A program made the translations under genes and the position numbers. A model generated the notes under the pieces. The model was not told the origin of the DNA and did not search any database. It saw only the letters and a list, made by a program, of their open reading frames with translations. Shown piece after piece: positions 51,282 to 64,000 of a DNA stretch of 64,000 bases; the stretch's first letter is position 1; every line of letters starts with the position of its first letter. This DNA is from Eledone cirrhosa (Eukaryota), in contig OZ024742.1 of the NCBI GenBank assembly GCA_964016885.1, forward strand, positions 228,408,001 through 228,472,000. Reading direction: 5' to 3'.

Positions 51282-51460
51282 AACTAAGGAATTGTGGTAA
51301 GGAACCAGATGGACCATAACGCACCAGAGTACTCAATACTTAGGGTAGTAGAGTGGGTAATAGGAAAAGGTATGACCACGACGGCAGAGCTCAAGCCGTT
51401 TCTGAGTCCAGAAATAGCCGTCGAAACGGCTTGAGCTCTGCCGTCGGGGTCATACCTTTT

Positions 51461-51465
<5 letters not shown>
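51282..51465. mobile_element. Fold-back element, sister of 47189-47382
   Basis: Arms at 51360-51402 and 51423-51465; (TA)n on both sides. Confidence 0.75.
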
Positions 51466-51534
<69 letters not shown>

Positions 51535-51535
<1 letters not shown>

Positions 51536-51719
51536 TTATCCCGGATTCAATCGGGGGTAACCACAGTAACGTACTCAATACATAGTATAAATATTTAATA
51601 TAGAAATGGCTTCTACAGGACTAGAAGTGTTTCATTCGGAGGAAATCATCAGCCTTTCTGATGATTTCCTCCGAATGAAACAGTTCTAGTCCCGTAGAAG
51701 CCATTTTCTATATTAAATA
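51535..51719. mobile_element. Fold-back element with hammerhead cores on both strands
   Basis: Arms at 51592-51652 and 51658-51719. CTGATGA-TTTCCTCCGAAT-GAAACAG..GTA-GAAGCC. Same family as 42765, 45515 and 49589. Confidence 0.75.
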
Positions 51720-51740
51720 AATATCTATATATATAAATAG

Positions 51741-51815
<75 letters not shown>

Positions 51816-51839
51816 TGTGTGTGTATGTGTGTGCGTGTG

Positions 51840-51881
<42 letters not shown>

Positions 51882-51893
51882 TGTGTGTGTATG

Positions 51894-51953
<60 letters not shown>

Positions 51954-51984
51954 TGTGTGTGTATGTGTGTGCGTGTGTGTGTGC

Positions 51985-52047
<63 letters not shown>

Positions 52048-52069
52048 TGCGCGTGTGTGCGTGTGTGTG

Positions 52070-52343
52070 TATAAATATGAAGAAAGTGCTCAAGTTCAGA
52101 AATGCTAGAACGATAGCTTATAAAATAAGGCGAAGACCCCGAAAAGGTGGAAAAAAAGTTGCCATCGGCCGACATGAGGAACCGAACTCCATATCTTCCT
52201 GATATCGATATCTGGAAGATATGATGTTCAATCCTTCTGCAGTCGATGGCAACTCCTTCCCCCCTATTTTAAGGGTCTTCACCCTATTTTATAAGCTATC
52301 TTTATAGCATTTCTGCGCTTGAGCACTTTCTTTGTACTTATAT
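52070..52343. repeat. Imperfect ~270-bp palindrome centred on GATATCGATATC
   Basis: AAGAAAGTGCTCAAG pairs with CTTGAGCACTTTCTT, GATAGCTTATAAAATA with TATTTTATAAGCTATC, and CATATCTTCC with GGAAGATATG. Confidence 0.8.
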
Positions 52344-52783
52344 GTATACATACATTCTCAACTCTTCTAAAGCCTAAAATTTCGGTTTCTTACATTATAT
52401 ATTATATATATATTCGCCTGGCACTTGAACTAAAACCTGTTGAGAAAGTGACTTCTTTGTTCAATCATCTTAGCAAAAGCTTAACATTATTTGTCTAAGC
52501 GGACAGTACTTGATTTAGGAGTCGCAGAAACCCAAATGCTGGATTTTCACCAACCATCCAGGGGTCCGGGTAAATTTTTCAATCATATTTTTTTTATTTG
52601 TTTGACCCGAATTACTTGGTCGTTTCTATGGTTGTGCGGATAATGGTTTAACCATCGTCTCAGTGTATTTGGCCTTTTAACGTATGTTGTAGCTCTGGTT
52701 CGTTAGAATCTATTGAGCGCTTGCCACACATCTCGGAAGTTGTTTTTCGCTAATTTTCAATAGCCGAAATACGATTCTCGCCA

Positions 52784-52831
<48 letters not shown>

Positions 52832-52852
52832 ACATATATGTGTGTGTGTATG

Positions 52853-52938
<86 letters not shown>

Positions 52939-53040
52939 CACACATACATACATACACACACACACATATATGTATACATATATGTATATACATGCATACA
53001 TACATATACACGCACACACATACACATATATAAATATATA

Positions 53041-53102
<62 letters not shown>

Positions 53103-53610
53103 ACAATATTCAAAACAACAAACAGCGGAGGACGCGTTTCGCACCTTTCCGACAGACAACCTTTCCCCCACCCCGGAAAAAAACCCCAGTTGATGGATCT
53201 GAATCCGAAATATAATCCGAAATTAAATCTCTCCCAAGGTAACTCTCTCTCGTGTTGTTATTTTAATTTTATCCTTTATACTCTTTCCTTCATTCCTCTA
53301 CACGTCTTATACACACCATGCATCTCAACGTACACCCACGTACATCTCTCTCTCCACCACCGGATCTTGTTACCCGGAGATTTACCCATTTGTATTGTCG
53401 AGGCTTCCAAACGACTTAAAGATATTTACCTATTATTCCACAATGCTTCAAGCAAACTTCAATACTCTCTTATCCATACACGCATGTATATGTACACACC
53501 CACTCACACATATATATGTGTGTATAAATATACACACAACCTCATATACAGTCCTCCATTCCCTCCGATAGCAACACCTCACCCCTACTTCACCTCACAA
53601 TAATTAAATT

Positions 53611-53791
53611 AATTGTTTCTACTTTTTTGGCACAAGGCCAGCAATAACCCAGTGTATTACTGGTACTTTATTTTATCGACCCCATAAGGATGAAAGGCAA
53701 AGTGAACCTCGGTGGGATTTGAACTCAGACCGTAAAGGGACGTAACTATGCTGGAAAGCATGGAGTCCGACTCTCTACCGATACTGCCAAT
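53611..53791 (-). mobile_element. SINE copy
   Basis: Reverse complement of the SINE head, body and tail. Confidence 0.88.
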
Positions 53792-54546
53792 ATTAATGAT
53801 ATCATATTTAAGGTAGTGGGTTTCAACAATATAATTAGAAATTGTAAAATTTTATTTTCCTATGAGTTTTTCAAAACTTCAGTTCTCTGTTGAACTTATA
53901 TAAGTCTGAAGATCGATTCTTAGTGACGTGTTGCGTCCTCCTTGAGCAAGATACTTTTTTCCACATTGTACCAGTGCACTGGAAAAAAAATCACGAGCAA
54001 ACAACTGGAACAATAACTGTGAGAAGCGATGGAGGGTGAACAACACGAGTCAAGAATTAAACATTTCAGAACTTTATATAAACGCCATTGCCACCATACA
54101 CGTACTATCCTTTATGCTTTTTACTCATTTAGAAAGTACAGCTAAAATAAATATAATTTTTATAGATTTACCTCCCCTGATTAATCAAGGGAAATAATCT
54201 TTGTAAATTTCGCACACTTTATATGAGAAATTAAGTTTACTACCAAAAGCGTATCTTTAGTGAATCCAGGAGGATGCCATCGTCCCGAGGAAGGTATTCC
54301 GTGAGGTAAAATGGCTGATGCAGCAGGTATCGTTGGCTGAGCTCTATGGTAATTTTTTCGCCATCTTGACCGCAGGGAGTAGCTGACATGAATTATTCAG
54401 CCAAAGGTGTAGGGTTTGTTCCCTCACCTTCCCCATTTTTTTTTCATTTTTCTCCCATTTCTCTCACACACCATTTTTTTTCTTTAAAAAAATCTTCCTG
54501 CTTGTAAATAGATAGGTTGGTATGTGAAATAAACAAATTTAATAAA

Positions 54547-54581
<35 letters not shown>

Positions 54582-54855
54582 GGTGTTGGATGCTTAAAGC
54601 GTCCGTATGCCGTAGGCCGTATGAGCACTCGATGCCCTCGTAGAGCAGAGAGTATGATATCACAGAAAAAAGAGAACCGATGTTAAAGGACAATAGGAAA
54701 ATCTGCTTCGTAGAATCAAGACGTATCCGAGGACCGCGCGATTTCAGAGTCAGGTTTGATCACCACATCAATCGTGCCTCGAGCTGGTCGCCCGAGAAAC
54801 AATTGTAATATGTCCAATAAATTCCTTTCGTCGCAGCACTGATTCTCTTTTTTCT

Positions 54856-54902
<47 letters not shown>

Positions 54903-55554
54903 AATAAGTAATTAACGTTTTTGAGTGGATAAGAAGATCGCTTCGCAATCATAAAATTCGATTCTACAGTATGGCATCTTGAGTATGTGTCTTTTACCAT
55001 AGCCCTGGTTGCGACGCCAAGTGTTCCAGTTCGAGATTCACCATAAGACTGTATATGACATAAGTGGCCTTTTGAATTATAGGTACAGTCTATCTGATGG
55101 GCTTTCAAAATGGTACTGTCAACACAATTTCACTGACAAGGCTTGGGTCGACCAGGGGCTATGATAAATAACATTTGCTCAAGATGGTACTAAATGGAAC
55201 GAACTTGGAACCTTATGATTGCAAAACGAACTTCTTACCATTCGGCTATGCTGCACTCACTGTTTCTCCAAGAGTGGAAGACCAAATAACAGAATTATGA
55301 CAACCTCTACCTCCGCCACACAACACCACAAAAACCTCAAACCGAAACCAAACAAAACAAAAATCAAAACCAATTGATTAAGTTTACAATATTTATCTCC
55401 CTTGTAATGCTTGAGATTTTAAGATTATTAATGTGTGGTCATTATTCCGTACTTTTATTTTGACTAATGTTAATGTTTTCGTTGCCAACGTAATTCATCA
55501 ATATTGATTTATCATTTAATCGATTCACTAAACAATGTATATTAGGTCACTTCT

Positions 55555-57050
55555 GTCACAGGTGTCCAGCAAGTGGACCCTCTCGGCTCGCACCCTTTTT
55601 GCGTTGGCTGTCGATGATATTGCCCACTCAGTCTGCTCACCCTTCGATGTCTGATACCTGAACAACACAACTCTGGGTGGCCCGGTTGAGGACCTTCAGC
55701 AAGTAATCCTAGCCCTAAAGCTCCTCGGACCTGAGGTCAACCCATCCAATTTTGAGGTTGTATATGTGAGCTACGGTGAAGCCGAATTTCAAGACGCCGT
55801 ACCCAGATCCAATCCGTCTTGACTGGGGCTCGGATAACGCTGAAAGGCACCGTCTACATTCTCGGCTCTCCAATCCTCCCGAAAGCCACAGAGAATGCCT
55901 AGTGACTAAGCATGCAAACTTGACGAGGATGAAAGAGAGATTGTTCTTCATTGACGAGCATCAAGTGTTCTTCCTCCCGGGGAGCCGTTTCGCCCCCCCC
56001 CCCCCCACCAAACTCCTATCGCAGATCTCCACGTCGAACTCGAGGCCACAATCCAACGTTTGCTGAACTCATTTGCAATGTTAGTTTTGGCAGAGCCAGT
56101 TGACAACAGGCGAAACTCTCCTTGAAATTCGGTGGCCTCGGCCTTCGATCCACTTACGACCTGGCAGTGCCGGACTATCTCTCATCAATCTCCTTCAGCC
56201 GCACCCTCATCAGTGAGGTACTCGGCAAAATGACAGATCCTGACGTGGCCTGGGAACTGAAGTCAGCTCTGGCCGATAGGACCAACGAAGGCCTCGCCGT
56301 CCCTCAGTATACAGACCTCCTACGTAATTGGGACGTCACCAAGTGGAGCTCTAGCTTCAGGCTAATCATGTCTTCCTCGGACCAACACTGTCTTGCCTGC
56401 CTCCGTTCCACCTCGCAACCAAACTGCGGCGAATGGCTCAATTCGTTGCCCTACTCTTTAACCGGTACCCTTCTTGATGATGAATGCACTCGCCTCAACC
56501 CCCGTATGTGTGAGCCACCCAAATGCTGTTGTGGCGCTGTTGTTGACGAGTATGGTCTGCATCCGCCCTCATGTTGCCAGAGTGCAGGCCGCTTCCCCTG
56601 ACACGCCGCTCTGAGCAACATCATCGGATGAGACCTTGACGTAGCCGGCTTCCCGTGACAACTGGAACTAGTTGGTTTTGACCGTCGTGAGCTTCCCGAC
56701 AGTATAAAACCTGTTCCCATTCGTAGGAGGTAAATCCCTAATCTGGGACGCGACGTGTTGCGTTGTGTTCCCTGCCTCCAACTTTGTCGCTTCGGCCGCA
56801 AACCCGGGCACCGCTGCCCGCAATGCAGAGGAAAGAAAGATAACTAAATACCGGGGCTTGACCGACTGCTTCTTTTTCGTACCGGTCACCGTCGAAACCT
56901 CAGGTGTCCTCGGTCTCCGCACTATACCGATTACCTCCGTAAAATCAAAATACAGCAGTCCGCCTGAGGAAGGAGCTCCATGAAATGGGGTGGTTGTTGC
57001 AGCGGGGTGTCACTGGCCCTTATCCGCGGAAATTCTGTGCTATTTTGTCC
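55555..57050 (+). mobile_element. CRE-clade-like (RLE) non-LTR retrotransposon relic
   Basis: GVQQVDPLG (resembling GVQQGDPLG), GGLGLRS, CGAVVDEYGLHPPSC, WDATC, KITKY and FVPVTVETSG, with many stops. Confidence 0.7.
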
Positions 57051-57331
57051 GCAGGGTGCAGCTGATGCATCACTCAGGCTGGGGTGTACAGTCTGTCTCC
57101 CCCTCTTACTTTCTTTTTTTGCTTAATTCTTTTTCTTTTTTCCTTACCTTTTTTTTTGTTTCCTTATTGCCGTGTATATTATATAGATTTTATCACATTT
57201 TCCATATAATTTAAGTATGGTATGAAAAATATAAAGACTGTTAATAAAACTTAACTATTGTTTCTATAATCTGAAACGGAACAAATTTGAATTGTTTATC
57301 ATCCAGTTCCTCCAAAATGGTAATTATTTTC

Positions 57332-57517
57332 AAGGGCGGTGGATTGGCAGTAAAAGTAGAGGGTCGGACGCCATGCTTTCCAGCATAGTTACGTCCCTTT
57401 ATGATCTGAGTTCAAATCCCGCCGAGGTTGACTTTGCCTTTCATCCTCACGGGGTCGATAAAATAAAGTACCAGTAATGCACTGGGTAATTGCTGGCCTT
57501 GTGCCTAAAGTAGAAAC
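57332..57517 (+). mobile_element. Full-length SINE with a 10-bp TSD
   Basis: AATTATTTTC at 57322-57331 and 57518-57527. Confidence 0.92.
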
Positions 57518-58065
57518 AATTATTTTCCATATATAACTAAAAACAACAATGTTACAAGCAGTTATCAATTTGTATTCTTTGCTTCTTTCCTATCTCATCA
57601 CGCCATGCCTTCAAACACAACATTTCTATACTGCTCTTTGCCTTCCAATGGTCCTCTTACGGGTTCTCAATGCCCTCAAAGGAGACAGTATTGTTCATTT
57701 TGGAAATCCCCGCTTGACTTTGTTCCTAGTGGTTTTCTGTGCTCTGAGTTCATCTTCCTTTCTTGTCCTTCATTTCTCTCTCTCTCCTCCCCTCCCCCTA
57801 TCTTCGTCTTGCCCCTCTCTCTGTGGAAGAAATTGACTATGTTCCTACCTGGAGAGAGATGGGCCCCGTAATGTTTAAAATGCCCATGGCATTCCATGTG
57901 TCATGATCGCGCCCCTACGTCTCCATCAAGAGTTAACGCCCCTTTACCTTAAGCTTCAAAATTCAGTACACTATTCTTTACTGCTGAAAACTGGCCCTTG
58001 TTCTATGATACAAAACTGTTTGTTTAAAGATATTCATATTTATCTAAAAACTATTCATCATAATT

Positions 58066-58168
58066 TTATGATTTCTTTATATATCATAATTTTATGATTT
58101 CTTTATATATAATTTTATGATTTCTTTATATATCATAATTTTATGATTTCTTTATATATAATTTTATG
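58066..58168. repeat. AT-rich ~23-28-bp tandem repeat
   Basis: ATAATTTTATGATTTCTTTATAT occurs about four times. Confidence 0.85.
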
Positions 58169-59322
58169 TAAGAGCTTTTTATGTTCCAAACACTAGCCTA
58201 ATAAGTGATTTACATGCACAGATATTGTTTTCTTTTGTTCAGAGAAATCTTGAAAAATCTAACGCTTAAGTAAATTTATTCTATATGCCACCATCACAAA
58301 TGAAACTTAAGGGACAGTCCGCCTCGAGGTCCCGGGATGGAGAAGACATTGCTCCGGAGGATGGCGAGGGAGACGTGCTGGAACAGCCACTCCACCTCGC
58401 GGGGCTCAAACCTATATTCCTAACATTAGCTCACTAAGTTCATTGTATTTTTTATTAATGATTGTTGGGGTTTTTGTTTTGGCTTGTGTTTATTGCTTTG
58501 GTGTTATTGTTGAAGGTCAAGGCATAAAATTTGCATTACTGTTTCTTTTATTGGTGTTTTATAACCACCCAACATTATTTACCCATTTAACATTATTAAA
58601 TTTAGAAGTAGTTCTGTTTTGAATAGCCTAGTACCTTAACTTTACAGCCATTATGTATCATCCACCATCCTACCAAAATGGTTGTTATATTTAATATTAT
58701 ATAATTTATACGATGACAAATTGTCAGACTCGTTAGAACGTCGGATAGAATGCTTAATGTTATTTGTATTGGCTTTACTAGGACTCTTGGTTCTCTTTCT
58801 ATTAACTTCTCCCCACCCCTCTCTATCTCTCTCCCCCACCTCTCTCTCTCTCCTCCCCCTCTCTCTACCCGATTCTCTCTCTTTTCTCTGAAAGAAGTCG
58901 GCTGAATTCAGACCCAGAAAGGGATGGGCTCCCTAGTTTCAACCTTTTCATTACTAAAGAAAACATATGCTACAATTTTTAAATAATATATAGAATAATT
59001 CAGAATTTGAGAGGATTCAATATTATATCTAACTTTCTCGTTATTAATCTGGTGTTGGGAACATAACTTAACAAAGCTTCTTACATAAATTATGATGGAA
59101 GGATTGTAGATAAATATAAACAATTAAAAAATATACAATTTTACGAGTAAAACCAACCGGGGGCTGACCTCAAGCAAGATAGTTGGATACCATCCATGAG
59201 TTCAGTTGGTCATGCTTGTGGATATAGCCAGATCGATAGCTTGTGACCAATTGATTCTGACAACCCACTGGAAGGTGTGCTTGAGGACTCTACCACAACA
59301 ACCCTCCCAGGAATAAGTGGGT

Positions 59323-59528
59323 GAAGAAGAAGAAGAAGAAGAAGAAGAAGAAGAAGAAGAAGAAGAAGAAGAAGAAGAAGATAGGTGTAAGGTTGGTTGT
59401 GGTTGGGTTGTATGTGGTAATGAAAGGTGGAATCAATTGTAAATAACTGTGAGTAAAACAGAAGAAGAAAAAGAAAAAGAAGAAGAAAAAGAAGCAGAAG
59501 AAACAGAAAAAGAAAAAGAAGAGGAAGC
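59323..59528 (-). mobile_element. Short retroelement-like tail embedded in (GAA)n
   Basis: ~78 bp at 59381-59458 are homologous, in inverted orientation, to 61621-61695, which is followed by (TTC)n. Confidence 0.55.
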
Positions 59529-60904
59529 ACAATAGCAATAACAACAACGACAACCTTAATAAACTGTCATTGATACCAATGTTAATGTCTCAGATTTAGT
59601 ATTGAATCATAGAATTATTTTAATTAGAAAATAGCAGGTAGAAAATCAGGTAGCAATGCTCAATCAGTGCAGAGCAAAGGTAAGCTGGTGGCTATTCTAA
59701 ATCAAGGGTTCTGTTTTTGAATCACCCAAAAGGAATTTATATCTTTTTTTCTTTCTTTTTATTTTTTACTTTGAAATGAAGTCGTCTGAACGCAGATGAC
59801 TATAATAATAGTTGATCACTATAAATAACAGCTGAATAAAATCGGGCAAAGCACCCATAGAGACAAAATTAAAAAAAGGGAGGCAGCTTTATTGGTTACT
59901 GAGGCAGAGTCCATTACCATTTTCAAAGTGACCGTGATTGGTTGGAAGCAGGCCCGAGTGTGTGCAAGTCATTTCACTATAAGAAAAGTTTAAAATATTT
60001 AGTGTTACCATAAAATGTGGATGTCGGCCAGTTTTGTAAAAATATTCAAGTGGTTGGCAAGTGACATTCGGTACAGTAAAAGGTCATAAATATTTATTAG
60101 TCTAATCCTTGTTTTAAATGGATAATTTAAGTTATATCCCAAGGTAAACATAGCTTCAAAAAATAATAATTCTTTTAAGGAGATCTCATTAGACAGACTT
60201 ATGATTAGAGAGTAAATGTCTCCATTTCATATAATTTATCATCGATAGGTCTTATTTCTCCTCTACACACATAGACAGCACATTTATTTGAAATATAAGG
60301 TAGTCTTCCGTTTGAATGACATTTTCGATCGTATTTCGGTCTTATTAAACCTCCTTAGACCGGTATTCCTCACCCATGTTCAAAGAACGAAAGAACATTC
60401 TATATATTCCTCAGTTGTCTTAGGTCTAACAGTAACGGTTAGATTAAGCTTCATTGATGAGGTGTAGTGACACGGAAAACACACATACACACACGCGCAC
60501 ACACACGCATTCGCCATTGCATTAGATTTTTAATTAATTTAAATTCCAGGCTTATCTCCCCTGTCTTTATTGACCAGAATCAATAATTAAGAAAATTATT
60601 TCTTTCTCACCTCACTACATTTGTGTGTATTATCTATCATCTTATATCATTTTACGTCGGCGTTTCTATGCTTTGCACGGGTTGGATAAAACCTGAGTGT
60701 TAAGGCTATGAGACGCCTCGCTGGAGAGGACACAGGTACAAGGAAGGACTGTCAGTTGCTGTTGGTAGTTATTTTCTGGCGCACCTAAGTGACTTGAAGC
60801 AGGAGGGCAAGGAGAAGTGCGATGTACAAGACTTGTACATCAGGGGCGAAAGGTCCGTGCATGCGTTATAGAATCTTGAGTTGATCAATTGCGTCGGTTG
60901 AAGC

Positions 60905-61170
60905 AAGCAGAATTTTGGCTGCTTACTAAATCGTAGACACATAAAAAGATAACAACACACACACAAACACATACACACAAACACACGACAGCTTTGGGGC
61001 AAGCAGAATTTTGACTGCTTACTAAATCGTAGACACATAAAAAGATAACACACACACACACACACACAAACACATACACACAAACACACGACAGCTTTGG
61101 GGCAAGCAGAATTTTGACTGCTTACTAAATCGTAGACACATAAAAAGATAACACACACACACACACACAC
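60905..61170. repeat. ~98-bp tandem repeat, about 2.7 copies
   Basis: AAGCAGAATTTTGRCTGCTTACTAAATCGTAGACACATAAAAAGATAAC plus (CA)n, repeated. Confidence 0.9.
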
Positions 61171-61694
61171 TAGATAACACTACATGCGGCTTTGACCGGG
61201 AGGGTCATTTAGAGAGAATGGAGGGCGGTGGGGTAAGGCTGCAAAGCCTCACTTTCCACCATGGCGATTGGACTGCATGCCCTGCTTTCCAGGTTACCCT
61301 TCGCCACTGGTGTACATCACACTTCTTGTCACTCTCCTCTCTCAATCTTTGTATTCTTTACTTTAGATTACTGTATTTTTTTCTTCATAACACTAGTAAA
61401 CATTTGAATTAACAAACCAGGTTTTAGATATTTTGGGCCAAATTACTACAGGATGTTACTACGAGTTAAACTGGTATTTCATGGTTGTTCCTGACAAAAA
61501 GCCAAACACAGGGTAAGCCAATCTTGACCTATGGCTGAAGATAACCACCCCGGAATGTCAAGCAGCATATATAAATTGTACTCAGTTATACCCTGATAGC
61601 CTCTTCACATTAACCCATTATTTACTCAGTTATTTACAATTAATTCCACCTTTCATTACCACATACAACCCAACCACAACCTTTCTTACACCTA

Positions 61695-61884
61695 TCTTCT
61701 TCTTCTTCTTCTTCTTCTTCTTCTTCTTCTTCTTCTTCTTCTTCTTCTTCTTCTTCTTCTTCTTCTTCTTCTTCTTCTTCTTCTTCTTCTTCTTCTTCTT
61801 CTTCTTCTTCTTCTTCTTCTTCTTCTTCTTCTTCTTCTTCTTCTTCTTCTTCTTCTTCTTCTTCTTCTTCTTCTTCTTCTTCTT

Positions 61885-61914
<30 letters not shown>
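61695..61914. repeat. (TTC)n microsatellite, about 73 units
   Basis: Pure tract. Confidence 0.98.
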
Positions 61915-61916
<2 letters not shown>

Positions 61917-61982
61917 ACCCTTTCTCCTTCAGCCTTATATAGCAGGAAAGCGAATGTATATATATATATAAATATATACATA

Positions 61983-62013
<31 letters not shown>

Positions 62014-62029
62014 GTATATATATATGCAT

Positions 62030-62160
<131 letters not shown>

Positions 62161-62170
62161 ATGAGTGAGA

Positions 62171-62283
<113 letters not shown>

Positions 62284-62680
62284 AGCGAGAGAGAGAGAGT
62301 GACTGAGACATAGTGAGAGAGATATAGAGAAGAGACAACAATCACGATATAATCAAATATTTATCAACAAACAGACTTATAGATGTTAATATTTTAAATA
62401 CGTCTTTACTTATCTATTCTCCGTCTATTCTCTTTACTTTCTTTACTTTATTCTCCTTCTCCCTATTCGTATTCTGTGACTTGTCGAACATAAATCACCA
62501 ACACTACAGTCAACTCGACGTGTCTTCTAATAGAAAGCTGATATCAACAAAAGATAGACTACTTTAATTCTTTTATATATTTCTCTTCGTTTCATTAACA
62601 TTGTTACTTTAACAGAAACATCTCCCTCTCTTTCTCTGTCTGTCTCTGTCTCTGTCTGTGTCTCTGTCTGTCTCTCTCTG

Positions 62681-62755
<75 letters not shown>

Positions 62756-63194
62756 ACATCCTACATCAAACAGTGGCAAACTTAGCCAAGTAGACATTCA
62801 TTTACAAGCTGCTTGTTCACACTGATCATCGTCTAAACCAATGGAGAATCCTTCATCATTATCATCATCATCCTTTTTGGATCATAGTGTGAATAGTTAA
62901 GTATTGCACAGACACGTGTATCCTTAACATAATTCTCAGGCATAACCAGCATCTGTGTGACAAAACTGGACTTTGAATTACAGGCACAATCTATCTTGTA
63001 TTACAGCGTAAGTGGTCGAGTATTCCGAAGACACGTACAATTACCCTTACCGTAATTCCCAAACTGATTGAGTGACACAATATGTAAAATGCTGGACCTT
63101 TAAATTACAGGTACAATCTTTTTTTTAATCATTGTGTAAATTATTAAGTATGTCCTGAATATAATTCCCAAGTCGTATCAGTGACAAAACATAT

Positions 63195-63322
63195 TATGTT
63201 AAGATAATATAAGATTATTTACATGTTATGTTAAGATAATATGAGATTATTAACATGTTGTTAAGATAATATAAGATTATTAATATGTTATGTTAAGATA
63301 ATATAATATTATGTTAATATAA
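63195..63322. repeat. ~31-36-bp AT-rich tandem repeat
   Basis: TGTTAAGATAATATAAGATTAT occurs about four times. Confidence 0.85.
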
Positions 63323-63326
63323 GTTA

Positions 63327-63762
<436 letters not shown>

Positions 63763-64000
63763 TAGTCTATCTTATATTATAGCATAAGTGGTTCTAAAGA
63801 TACAGGTCTTCTTAACATTACCCAGGCAGCTTCATAATATACAACAAGACTGGATATCTTGAATTACAAGTACTATCCAACTGGACGGCTTTAACACAGT
63901 CTCTGCTCACTCGATTTCACTCAGAAAGCTGGCGTAAATTTGAATCTATGGTAAATAACACTTGCCCGAAATGTCAAGCAGTAAGATCGAATCCGGAACC

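Overview
Repeat-rich eukaryotic DNA with no intact housekeeping gene. It is probably from an octopus-like cephalopod, inferred from the [11 protein letters not shown]-type C2H2 fingers, the SINE family and the (TA)n/(CA)n density. 0-10 kb holds old TE relics: Tc1, RTE, a Chapaev3-like element with TIRs and a TTA TSD, and a Helitron tail. 10.8-33.4 kb holds five Tx1-clade LINE copies. Four lie head-to-tail on the minus strand separated by (TTA)n tracts, and one recombinant copy lies on the plus strand. The leftmost copy's ORF1 is fused in frame to seven C2H2 zinc fingers. A tRNA-type SINE shares its last ~30 nt with the Tx1 3' end and inserts at the same TTATT/(TTA)n sites, suggesting a microsatellite-targeting LINE/SINE partnership that builds tandem arrays. 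33.4-37.5 kb is a ~20-bp GGGGCACCCAAATAAAAAAC minisatellite that truncates a frameshifted Helitron (37.5-42.8 kb). 42.8-53 kb is a (TA)n field with a 5'-truncated Naiad-like Penelope element and several short fold-back elements carrying hammerhead-ribozyme motifs and a shared GTATTGAGTAC motif. 53-64 kb holds SINEs, a CRE-type relic, a (TTC)n-associated retroelement tail, tandem repeats and a non-autonomous Helitron. Most listed ORFs are antisense shadows or microsatellite artefacts. All calls are from visual inspection; no searches were run.
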